From NCBI GenBank assembly GCA_963733035.1, contig CAVTBU010000007.1:672001-736000 (forward strand): a stretch of 64,000 bases of DNA, given 5' to 3'. Below the pieces are notes generated by a model that was not told the DNA's origin, ran no database searches, and saw nothing but the letters and a program-made list of their open reading frames with translations. Shown here in pieces: positions 42,869 through 51,564 of this stretch (its first letter is position 1; every line of letters starts with the position of its first letter). The position numbers and the translations under genes were made by a program. Source of the stretch: Pirellulales bacterium. GTDB taxonomy: Bacteria; Planctomycetota; Planctomycetia; Pirellulales; PALSA-1355.

Positions 42869-44428
42869 CTAGGTGTCGGAAGTCGCGGTGGTGGCAAACA
42901 GGCGTCGCTGCAAGCCACGGACGCGGACCAGTCCATCGGCAAGCGTTGCATGTAGCTCTTGCTTCTCATCGCGCGTTAGCAGGCGATCGCTAAACATTGC
43001 GGTCAGACCTACAACCGCGAGCGCTGCCAGTCCGACCCAGGGGCCGAAACACAACGCGGCGATTGCCAGCGAGAAGGCCCAGGTGCCCAGGTCGACCTGC
43101 ATGCCGTGACGCATGCTGAAACCAAATGTCAATCCGAGCGCGACGAGATTCGCCACGGTCGTGGCTGCCACGGCGCCAGGCAGACCATAGGTGGGCAACC
43201 AGAGTAAGTTCAGTCCGATGTTGAGGAGGAATCCCACAAACAGTGGCAAGCTGCTCAGCGCGGCTCGTTCTGCGCACCATAAGTAATTTTGCGCCACGGC
43301 GAAGATGCCGAACCACGCACAGTAGGCCAGCGTGCAGGGCAGGACCTCGAGACCTCCCTGAAATCGGTCTTTGAATCCGAAATGAAACAACAGCGGAGCT
43401 GCCAGCAGCACGACGACCGACGCGGCGAGCATTGCGAGCGCGAGGAGCTTAAGCGCCATGTTCAGTCGCCGCACGACACGGTCGCGGCGGCCGAGTTCCC
43501 AGTCGGTCGTCAAATGCGGAGTGATCATGGAGGCCAACAGCGTGGCGACGCCTACGAACAGCAGCGGCAGGATCCGAGAGCTGTGGTAGAAGCCGACCTG
43601 CCGCAGTGCCTCGTCCGAACCCATGCCGCCGTGGTGCACGATCATGTAGCGGTCGATCATGTCAAACAGATTGGCCACCAGGTTGGTGACCCACATCCAA
43701 ACGGCAAACGGTACCAGGCGAGCCCAAAACGATCGCTGGGAAACGGACGCTGTCGAGTCGACCTCCGAGAGGGATAGCCGCGACAACCAGCCGATCGAGG
43801 CCAAGGCTGCAAGGAAGGTTGCCACCGTATAACCAATCACGATACTCGTGGCGGTATCGCGCCAGAACACCAGCAAGCAGATGCTGGCGACGGCGAAGCC
43901 CAAACCCTGTAGAAATTGCAGTGCCGTTACGACCCGATACATTCGCACGGCGATGAAGAGCGACGTCAGGAAGTTGTGTGCAATCACGACAGCCAGGCAA
44001 AGTGCCAGCCAGACGACCACTCCCGCTTCGCGTTCGGACCCAAAGATCAACTGCGAGAACCATTGGCGCTGAGAGATGATGACCACCATGGCCACCACCG
44101 ATGCCGTCGCGGTCACAACGGCCGTCCGACGCAGAAACGCCTGGAATTGTCCGCGCTGGCGAAAGTATTCGACGTACCGGCCGAACGAGCCGGGCAGCCC
44201 CAACACGACGAGCGGACCGGCCAGATTCAAGAACGCAAAAGCGACGTCCCACTGACCGAGTTGCTCTGGCGCGAGCCAGCGACAGAACAAGATTCCGCGG
44301 CCGAAGCCGATGATCCGCTGCGCCACGGTCATGACCAGCAGAATCACAATGCTAGCGGCAAGCGTCTCGGCTCGCAGTGTTCGACCAGGCGGCGTGGCGG
44401 CAGCAGGTGGCTCTAGAACCGTGCTCAC
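42869..44428 (-). CDS. Wzx-type oligosaccharide flippase
   Basis: About 12-14 hydrophobic segments; L.PEQLG...LGLP.SF.RY; DRYMI...VGFY; LN...LP.YGLPGA.AT. Confidence 0.82.
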   Translation of the reverse strand: MSTVLEPPAAATPPGRTLRAETLAASIVILLVMTVAQRIIGFGRGILFCRWLAPEQLGQWDVAFAFLNLAGPLVVLGLPGSFGRYVEYFRQRGQFQAFLRRTAVVTATASVVAMVVIISQRQWFSQLIFGSEREAGVVVWLALCLAVVIAHNFLTSLFIAVRMYRVVTALQFLQGLGFAVASICLLVFWRDTATSIVIGYTVATFLAALASIGWLSRLSLSEVDSTASVSQRSFWARLVPFAVWMWVTNLVANLFDMIDRYMIVHHGGMGSDEALRQVGFYHSSRILPLLFVGVATLLASMITPHLTTDWELGRRDRVVRRLNMALKLLALAMLAASVVVLLAAPLLFHFGFKDRFQGGLEVLPCTLAYCAWFGIFAVAQNYLWCAERAALSSLPLFVGFLLNIGLNLLWLPTYGLPGAVAATTVANLVALGLTFGFSMRHGMQVDLGTWAFSLAIAALCFGPWVGLAALAVVGLTAMFSDRLLTRDEKQELHATLADGLVRVRGLQRRLFATTATSDT

Positions 44429-45327
44429 GCGTCAGCTCCCACCAGCTCGATTTCCACGAGCTCCTCAGAACTGCTGGCCACCGGAGAACTCGGAGCGGAA
44501 GCCTGGTAGCGGTTTTTCCGGCTGGCTTGCAGCTTGCGGCGATCGAGCGTCACCCAGTTCTTCAGCCGAATAAGTTCGTCGTCAACGGCAATGCGCTGGA
44601 GATGAAACGGATCGTCGCCCGGAAAGTTGTAGCCCCCGTAAGCGGAACAGGCTCCGTCGTAGATCTGGCGGGCATAGTCAAACGCGGCGGGACTCAGGTT
44701 CTCGTGTTGTCCGTAGGGAAATGCGAAGTAGCGCACGGGCCTTCCCGTGACCTCCTGGAGCTCCTGTTGAGGGACCAGCAATTCATCACGCAGTACGCGG
44801 GCATCGGTGACGCGGCCCAGATCGGCGTGGGTCCGCGTGTGGGCGCCAATGTCGATTCCCTGGTCGGCCAGTTCTCGAATTTGTTTGCTCGTGTTGGGCG
44901 CAAGCGGCCGACCGAGTTTCGCGTCGTGCGGAAATGGCCGCTGCGAGCGCATGTTGTGCGTGGTGACGAAATAGGTACAGGGAATGTCCAAGTCCACCAG
45001 GAGCGGTAGCGCGCGATGGCAATTGTCCGCGTACCCGTCGTCGAATGTGATCGTGACGCACGTGTCAGGGTTGTCGCCTGAATTGATGCGTCGTTGCCCT
45101 TCGGCCAACGAAACCATGTCGAAGTTCCGGCGCAACCAGCGCATTTGCCGTTCGAAGGCCGTGTGTGAAATTGTCCAGGGATTCAGGCCATCGTCGGCGA
45201 CGCGATGGTAGAAGAGCACCACGAACGGTGCCTGACCCAGCGTGCGCAATCGCAAACGAGCATACGCGCGGAGCGGAAATGTTCCGTGATAGTAAAGACC
45301 GAGCAGCATGCGTTTCCAGGGTGGCAT
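44425..45327 (-). CDS. Polysaccharide deacetylase (CE4)
   Basis: LFYHRV, TFDDGY, GAHTRTH and FAFPYG motifs. Confidence 0.92.
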   Translation of the reverse strand: MPPWKRMLLGLYYHGTFPLRAYARLRLRTLGQAPFVVLFYHRVADDGLNPWTISHTAFERQMRWLRRNFDMVSLAEGQRRINSGDNPDTCVTITFDDGYADNCHRALPLLVDLDIPCTYFVTTHNMRSQRPFPHDAKLGRPLAPNTSKQIRELADQGIDIGAHTRTHADLGRVTDARVLRDELLVPQQELQEVTGRPVRYFAFPYGQHENLSPAAFDYARQIYDGACSAYGGYNFPGDDPFHLQRIAVDDELIRLKNWVTLDRRKLQASRKNRYQASAPSSPVASSSEELVEIELVGADA

Positions 45328-45554
45328 CGCAAATCTCTCTCTCGGGACGACGAATTCGAACAGAGTAGTCCCAGCGTCGGCGCGGGGAGTCCGCACCGCT
45401 CCCGCCGATCGGGACCATCCAACTCTCCCTTACGCCTGGGAAGATGCAAATGGGCTCCGCTAGCGAAGCTGCAGAATTGGTACGCCAGTTCGTGACGGAC
45501 AAACGCAACGCCGTGTTGCCAAAACGCATCGCGACTCGAGGTCGGTTGTGCCGA

Positions 45555-45571
45555 ATGTGCAGGCTGCACAT
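45555..45571. promoter_or_regulatory. Perfect palindrome, candidate activator site (UAS)
   Basis: ATGTGCAG-G-CTGCACAT, 70-85 bp upstream of the -24 element. Confidence 0.45.
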
Positions 45572-45637
45572 CTACTTTGAACACGGCGGCAAATCGTGTC
45601 GTAAGAGTTGAATACACATCGCAAGCGCGACTGGCAC

Positions 45638-45653
45638 GGGCACGACGTTTGCT
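45638..45653 (+). promoter_or_regulatory. sigma-54 (-24/-12) promoter of the polysaccharide operon
   Basis: G-GGCACG-ACGT-TTGC-T matches TGGCACG-N4-TTGCW with exact spacing, ~52 nt before the ATG at 45706. Confidence 0.75.
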
Positions 45654-45705
45654 TCCATCGCTCGTGTCCCCGTTCCGATCCACGAGAAGCGCACGAAGAC
45701 CATTC

Positions 45706-47172
45706 ATGTCACACGGAATAATTCGTCCTCAGGACGTGCTCAAGATCGTCAGGCGACACTTGCTGTTGCTAGCCGCGCCGGTGGTCGTGTTGACCACGGC
45801 GGCGGTGTTGTATGCAGTGTTTCGTACGCCGACTTGGGAAGCCTCTCAGGCGCTCATCGTGCGAAACGAAGCTGGCGACGCCAACGCCAAGCCCGGCGCG
45901 ATTTCGCAACTTGAGGACATGAAGACCACGCAAGAAACAATTCTCGAACTGGCCAAAAACCGCGGCGTGCTGCTAAACGCCTTGTCTCAAGTGGGACGAG
46001 CGGCAAACGACCAAACCGGTGGAGCGTGGCCGAATGAAAAGGCGCTCGAATCCCTGCAGGAAAGCGTCTCGGTTGTGCCCCCGAAAGGCGCCGAGTTCGG
46101 CAAGACCGAGGTGTTTTACCTCAAAGTAAAAGATGAGAGCCGTCAACGGGCCGTGGCGCTGGCCACCGCCATTTCCACGCAGCTGCAACAGCGCTTGTCG
46201 GCACTGCGGGAATCCACGTCACGCGGCTCGCTTGAAGAGCTTGAACATTCGGAAAAGCTGGCACGGGAAAAGCTGACCAGTGCCACCGAGGCACTCAGCT
46301 CAATGGAACACCGGGTAGGAAACGACCTGGCTGAACTGCGTATTCTGAGCGATTCTCCCTCGGGCGATAGCGATTTGCGGCGCAACCTTCTTGAGCTTGA
46401 AAAGGAACTGCGGTCGTATAAAGCCGCCCAGGTTGAAAACGAGGAATCGCTCAAAGTGTTAACGGCAGCGCAGGCCGATCCGCAGAAATTATTGGCCGCG
46501 CCGGGACTGCTGCTCAAGGCGCAGCCATCGCTAGCACGGTTGAAAGACGGACTCGTCGATGCGCAACTACGTACTGGCCAGGCGCTGGGTACGATGTCGG
46601 AAGATCATCCCATGGTTCTTGGTGCCCGCGAGGCCGAGCGGGTGATTCGCGCCCAGCTATATGACGAGATTGCGGTGGCCATCAAAGGCGCCGAGGCTGA
46701 TCTGCACATCGGCGCGGACCGCATCAGTGCGCTCGAGTCCCAGATTGACGCGATTCAAGCCCGGCTAACTCGGTTAGTCGACTTGCGAGCTGAATATGCC
46801 AATCTAACCGAGGCTGTCAAAAGCCGCACCGAGACGCTAAAGGGCGTCGAGCACCAGTTGGCCGAAGCCCAGGCCAGCCATGCTGCCGCCCAATCGACCA
46901 GCCGCATCAACCTGGTCGACAAACCTGACGCCGGAACGCGGCCGATTGGCCCCGGCAAGACGATGATCGCCGCCGGCGGATTTGGCGGCGGGCTGCTCAT
47001 GTCCGCCGCGATTTTGTTCCTGCTGATCCACCCGGTGCCCGTACATCATGTCGCGGTGGCCGAGGAACAGCCCGAACCGCAGACGCTTCCCATACAGAAC
47101 AACGCTCCGGTGTCCACAAAACCGAGCGGTCCGCTGACGCTGACCCAAGCGCTGCAGCGGGTCGCGAGTTAA
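45706..47172 (+). CDS. Polysaccharide co-polymerase (Wzz/GumC/Wzc-N type, no kinase domain)
   Basis: N-terminal TM + P.WEAS..L; long coiled coil with a HP motif; C-terminal I..VD.P....PI.P followed by a TM. Confidence 0.82.
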   Translation: MSHGIIRPQDVLKIVRRHLLLLAAPVVVLTTAAVLYAVFRTPTWEASQALIVRNEAGDANAKPGAISQLEDMKTTQETILELAKNRGVLLNALSQVGRAANDQTGGAWPNEKALESLQESVSVVPPKGAEFGKTEVFYLKVKDESRQRAVALATAISTQLQQRLSALRESTSRGSLEELEHSEKLAREKLTSATEALSSMEHRVGNDLAELRILSDSPSGDSDLRRNLLELEKELRSYKAAQVENEESLKVLTAAQADPQKLLAAPGLLLKAQPSLARLKDGLVDAQLRTGQALGTMSEDHPMVLGAREAERVIRAQLYDEIAVAIKGAEADLHIGADRISALESQIDAIQARLTRLVDLRAEYANLTEAVKSRTETLKGVEHQLAEAQASHAAAQSTSRINLVDKPDAGTRPIGPGKTMIAAGGFGGGLLMSAAILFLLIHPVPVHHVAVAEEQPEPQTLPIQNNAPVSTKPSGPLTLTQALQRVAS

Positions 47173-47217
47173 CGGGTTTGTTCACTTCACTCGAAAAACG
47201 TCTTCCGAGATAGTGCC

Positions 47218-48024
47218 ATGAATTCCGCCGTCATCAACCTCGCGAGCTTGGAAAGCGGCACCGACTTTACTGTCGTTTCCAATCTGTCTAACGATGAGCC
47301 CGTCGCGCCGAACGAACTAAACGACGCAGGGCCGGGCATCCGTCCGATCACGCAACCGACGGTTTCGTTAGCGCTCGAACGGTTTCGACAGGGGTTGCCA
47401 ATCATCGAACCCTTGGGCAACCAAAGCCGGGCCTACAACGCCGTTAAGCGAACGGCCGACGTCGTGGGCGCGCTGGCGCTGGTCTTGCTGCTTTCTCCGC
47501 TTTTGATTCTGACGTTTCTTTTGCTGGCCATCACGACCAAAGGACGGCCTTTGTTTGTACAAGAGCGGGTGGGTTACTGTGGACGGCGATTTCGAATGAT
47601 CAAGTTTCGCACCATGCGCCTCGACGCCGACAAGCTACAACATCTCGTCAGCAACGAGAAAGACGGTCCGGTTTTCAAGAATCGCCGCGACCCTCGCATT
47701 ACGCGTATTGGTCGTATCCTGCGGTCAACCAGCATCGACGAATTGCCACAACTGTTCAACGTGCTCGCCGGCAGCATGTCCTTGGTGGGTCCCCGACCGC
47801 CGCTTGCGAAGGAGGTCGAGCAATACGAACCCTGGCAGCGTCGCCGTCTGGCGGTCAAGCCGGGACTGACCTGCCTATGGCAAATCAGTGGCCGTAGCGA
47901 AGTTGGCTTTGAAGATTGGGTCCGTATGGACCTCTGGTACCTGAAAAACCAGAACCTTTCCACCGATGCCAAGCTTCTGGTCAAGACGCCTGGCAGCGTC
48001 GTAAGCGGCCGCGGCGCTTATTAA
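47218..48024 (+). CDS. Priming (polyprenyl-phosphate) sugar transferase
   Basis: KR..DV, QERVG..G..F..IKFRTM, DPRITRIG, SIDELPQLFNV, GSMSLVGPRP and KPGLTCLWQ motifs. Confidence 0.95.
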   Translation: MNSAVINLASLESGTDFTVVSNLSNDEPVAPNELNDAGPGIRPITQPTVSLALERFRQGLPIIEPLGNQSRAYNAVKRTADVVGALALVLLLSPLLILTFLLLAITTKGRPLFVQERVGYCGRRFRMIKFRTMRLDADKLQHLVSNEKDGPVFKNRRDPRITRIGRILRSTSIDELPQLFNVLAGSMSLVGPRPPLAKEVEQYEPWQRRRLAVKPGLTCLWQISGRSEVGFEDWVRMDLWYLKNQNLSTDAKLLVKTPGSVVSGRGAY

Positions 48025-48052
48025 AAGCTAGAGTTCCCCATAGGGGAATCTC

Positions 48053-49225
48053 ATGTCTAGCAGTCTCTGCGAAACTCCCGATGCGCTCGAAGTCGAACGT
48101 TCCACGTCGGGACGCCCGTCGAAACTCGTGCGCGCGCTGCACGTCATCAACGGCGAGCACTATTCCGGCGCCGAACGGGTGCAAGACTTGCTGGCCCTGA
48201 ATCTCAAGGAGTTCGGATTCGAAGTCGGTTTTGCCTGTCTCAAGCCCGGCCGATTCGATGCACTCCGCAGCGCCAAAGAGGCGCCGTTGCGGCTGTTCGA
48301 AATGGGTTCGCGCCTCGACCTGCGGCCGGCCTGGAACTTGGCCCAGTGGGTCCGTAAGGATCGCTATGCACTGATTCATACGCATACCCCGCGGGCGGCG
48401 ATGGTCGGCAGGTTGGCCGCTTGGATGGCGGGTGTACCGATGGTGCATCACGTACACAGCCCCACCGGTCGTGATTCGACGCGATCCTGGCAAGACCGCC
48501 TTAACTCGCAGATTGAGAATCTCAGCTTGACGAGGGTATCGGCCGTGATCGCGGTTTCCCGCAGCCTGGCGACCTACGTCGCCGAACAAGGAGTACCGCG
48601 ACTGCGAATCTACGTTGTCCCTAACGGTGTGCCCGTAGTGGGGCCACTCGCGACCAGGAGCCGGCCAAAGGGTGCCTGGGTGCTGGGAACCGTTGCGCTG
48701 TTTCGTCCTCGCAAAGGTTTGGAAGTGCTATTGCATTCACTCGCTCAGTTGCGCGCCGCCGGTCGAGACGTGCGGCTGCGGGCGATCGGCGACTTTGAAA
48801 CGGCCCAGTATCGCCGGCAGATTTTTGCATTGGTGGGGCGCCTGGCGCTTGAGTCTCACGTCGAGTGGACCGGCTTTACCAGCGACGTACCCGCGGAACT
48901 CGCACGGCTTGATCTGTTCGTGTTGCCCAGTTTGTTCGGCGAAGGGCTGCCCATGGTCGTTCTGGAAGCCATGGCGGCCGGCATCCCGGTCGTCGGAACG
49001 CGCGTCGAGGGAGTTCCTGAAGCGATTCGCGATGGGTGCGACGGCGTGCTGGCCGCGCCGAACGATTCGGCCGATCTGGCTCGGGCGATCGAAGCGTTCA
49101 TCGATGGCTCGGTCAATTGGACCGCATGTCGCGAGCATGCGCATCGGCGGCAGGCCGAGATTTTTTCCGCCGAGAGCATGGCCCGGGGAGTGGCCGAGGT
49201 ATATCGGGAGGTGCTGAAGAAATGA
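48053..49225 (+). CDS. GT4 glycosyltransferase
   Basis: SGAER, VPNGV, RKG and EGLPMVVLEAMAAGIPVV motifs. Confidence 0.9.
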   Translation: MSSSLCETPDALEVERSTSGRPSKLVRALHVINGEHYSGAERVQDLLALNLKEFGFEVGFACLKPGRFDALRSAKEAPLRLFEMGSRLDLRPAWNLAQWVRKDRYALIHTHTPRAAMVGRLAAWMAGVPMVHHVHSPTGRDSTRSWQDRLNSQIENLSLTRVSAVIAVSRSLATYVAEQGVPRLRIYVVPNGVPVVGPLATRSRPKGAWVLGTVALFRPRKGLEVLLHSLAQLRAAGRDVRLRAIGDFETAQYRRQIFALVGRLALESHVEWTGFTSDVPAELARLDLFVLPSLFGEGLPMVVLEAMAAGIPVVGTRVEGVPEAIRDGCDGVLAAPNDSADLARAIEAFIDGSVNWTACREHAHRRQAEIFSAESMARGVAEVYREVLKK

Positions 49226-50055
49226 TGATAACGTTCGTTCGTTCCGACGATTCCGCAACGGCACGTCGGATATCGCTGTTCGGCTTTCAACTTGATGCGA
49301 TCGGCTTGAACGACGCGGTTGAGCAAATCTACCAGTGGGTTACGACGCGAACGCGCCGATGCCGGTTTGTCGTGACGCCAAACGTCGACCACGCGGTGCT
49401 TTATCAGGAGTGCGCTGCCCTGCGTTCGGCATATGCCAACGCATCGCTTGTATTGGCCGACGGCATGCCCGTGGTGGCGGCGGCCAGGATGCTGGGCCAC
49501 GCCATTCCCGGACGCGTGGCTGGCAGCGATCTGGCGCCTGCCCTATTTTCCGCGGCCGGGCAGCACGGTGGCTTGCGCGTGTTTCTGCTGGGCGCGGCCC
49601 CGGGCGTAGGAGAGCGCGCGGCCCAAAATATTGAGCGTCAATGGCCTGGCGTGCAAGTTGTGGGCACCTACAGCCCGCCACTTGGATTTGAGAAGTCCCA
49701 ACGCGAGAACGACGTCATCTTGCAAATGATCGCCGCGGTACGCCCAGACGTCTTGCTGGTCGGCCTGGGAGCACCGAAACAGGAACTTTGGGTCAACGCT
49801 CACCGTGAGGAAATCGACGCGGCCGTGACGCTGTGCGTGGGAGCGACGATCGACTTCCTGGCGGGTGAAAAGAAGCGGGCGCCTCTGTGGATGCGTCGCG
49901 GTGGACTGGAATGGCTGCACCGGGTCGTCACGGAACCGCGCCGTTTACTCCGGCGCTACGCGCGCGATGCTTGGATTTTTCCACGATTGTTGTGGCACGA
50001 ATGGCAGGCGTCGCATCGCGGGCGGTTCAGCCGCGGTTCCGTGCACCCTGGCTAA
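49222..50055 (+). CDS. WecG/TagA/CpsF family glycosyltransferase (GT26)
   Basis: VTPNVDH, ADGMPVV, RVAGSDL, GLGAPKQE, GATIDF.AG..KRAP and EP.RL.RRY motifs. Confidence 0.94.
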   Translation: MMITFVRSDDSATARRISLFGFQLDAIGLNDAVEQIYQWVTTRTRRCRFVVTPNVDHAVLYQECAALRSAYANASLVLADGMPVVAAARMLGHAIPGRVAGSDLAPALFSAAGQHGGLRVFLLGAAPGVGERAAQNIERQWPGVQVVGTYSPPLGFEKSQRENDVILQMIAAVRPDVLLVGLGAPKQELWVNAHREEIDAAVTLCVGATIDFLAGEKKRAPLWMRRGGLEWLHRVVTEPRRLLRRYARDAWIFPRLLWHEWQASHRGRFSRGSVHPG

Positions 50056-50114
50056 CGTAGTCGACCGCTAGCCGCTACAATTTCGGGGCGTGGCCAACAG
50101 CTCCTGCCCTTCGA

Positions 50115-51350
50115 TTGAGACTAGCGGTGCCGGAAAAGAATCTGATCTGCCTTGTCGTCGAACGTTTGCATGCCGGCATGGTCGGCGCCTACGGCAATAG
50201 CTGGATCCGCACGGCCGCGATCGACAAGTTGGCCTGCGAGTCGATTGTTTTCGATCAGGCGTTTCTGGAAAGTCCGCTGCTCGAACAGACCTACCGGGCC
50301 TACTGGCACGGCGTGCATCCCGCCGATGGCCGGTCCCGCGATGAACAAACCGCCAGCCTACCGCATCTACTTTCCAGCGCCGGCTGGCACACGGCACTCG
50401 TTACGGACTCAGCCGAGGTGGCTCGCCTGTTGTCGGCGGCCGAGTTTTCTGAACAAGTGCTCGTCGATTCGCCCACCGAATGCACAACCGCGGCTGATAT
50501 ATCTGAATCTGGGATGGCCCGCTTGTTTGGAGCGGCCACCGACTGGATCCAGACGGCACGCGAACCGTTTTGCCTCTGGGTGCATGCGCGCGGCCTCGCC
50601 GGCCCGTGGGATGCACCGCTGGAGATGCGCAATCAATTCGCCGAGGAAGACGATCCCGAGCCGCCAAAACTGGTCAAAGTCCCCAACCATTGGTTGCCGG
50701 ACGAATTCGACCCCGACGAGCCGCTGGGCATCAGACATGCCTATGCGGGGCAAGTCACGTTGCTCGACCTCTGCTTGGGAGCCTTCTTGGACGAACTGGA
50801 CGCGGGTCCGCTAGCCAAACGGACGCAACTCACGTTTCTTTCCACAGCCGGCTTTCCGCTAGGCGAACACCGTCGAATTGGGCCCTGCGACGATGCGATG
50901 TATAACGAAACCACACAACTCGTGTGGACCATGCGCTTTCCGGACGAGCTGGGAAAGTTGACACGGACTCAGGCACTCGCGCAGCCGTCAGACTTGCCTG
51001 GGACGCTGCTCGACTGGCTTGAACTTGACGTCGGACAACTCGGGCACGGGACTGCTAGCAGCCTACTGTCCCTGATTCGCGGAAGTCTGGATTTCGTTCG
51101 CGATCGTCTTCTGATGGTGGGGCGACATGATCGCGCACTTCGCACACCCGCCTGGCACCTGCGACAACCGCTGACCGGCGCGGCCGAACTCTACGCCAAA
51201 CCGAGCGATCGCTGGGAGGTGAACGAAGTGGCTAACCTGTTACCAGACATAGTTCTGGGGATGCAGGCCGCGCTCGAGGAGGTCCAGCAGTCAGGCCCCG
51301 CCGCTGATGCCGCTTCCCTCGACGAGTCGCTGACGTGTGAAATGGATTGA
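50115..51350 (+). CDS. Degenerate sulfatase-like (alkaline phosphatase superfamily) protein
   Basis: Overall sulfatase layout (GAYGN.WI.T..ID.LA.ES..F; YAGQV..LD..LG; G..LGEH; ELY....D..E...VA) but no C/S-x-P-x-R motif. Confidence 0.7.
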   Translation: MRLAVPEKNLICLVVERLHAGMVGAYGNSWIRTAAIDKLACESIVFDQAFLESPLLEQTYRAYWHGVHPADGRSRDEQTASLPHLLSSAGWHTALVTDSAEVARLLSAAEFSEQVLVDSPTECTTAADISESGMARLFGAATDWIQTAREPFCLWVHARGLAGPWDAPLEMRNQFAEEDDPEPPKLVKVPNHWLPDEFDPDEPLGIRHAYAGQVTLLDLCLGAFLDELDAGPLAKRTQLTFLSTAGFPLGEHRRIGPCDDAMYNETTQLVWTMRFPDELGKLTRTQALAQPSDLPGTLLDWLELDVGQLGHGTASSLLSLIRGSLDFVRDRLLMVGRHDRALRTPAWHLRQPLTGAAELYAKPSDRWEVNEVANLLPDIVLGMQAALEEVQQSGPAADAASLDESLTCEMD

Positions 51351-51564
51351 AACGGTCAGCACGAACCCTCCTCGAACGGCGCGAGATGTCTCCTAGGTCA
51401 TGCGGTCGCCGTAGTCTATTCAGACTTCCTGGTTTTCAGTTGGCAACACATCTGCTTGGACTCGTGACATTCCGGCATAGAGCCGACCGGGAGCGCTCGA
51501 TATAATCCCGCTCCCTTCGTGGGGAAATCTCTGTAGAGACAACGACTTAACACGCTAGGCACCG

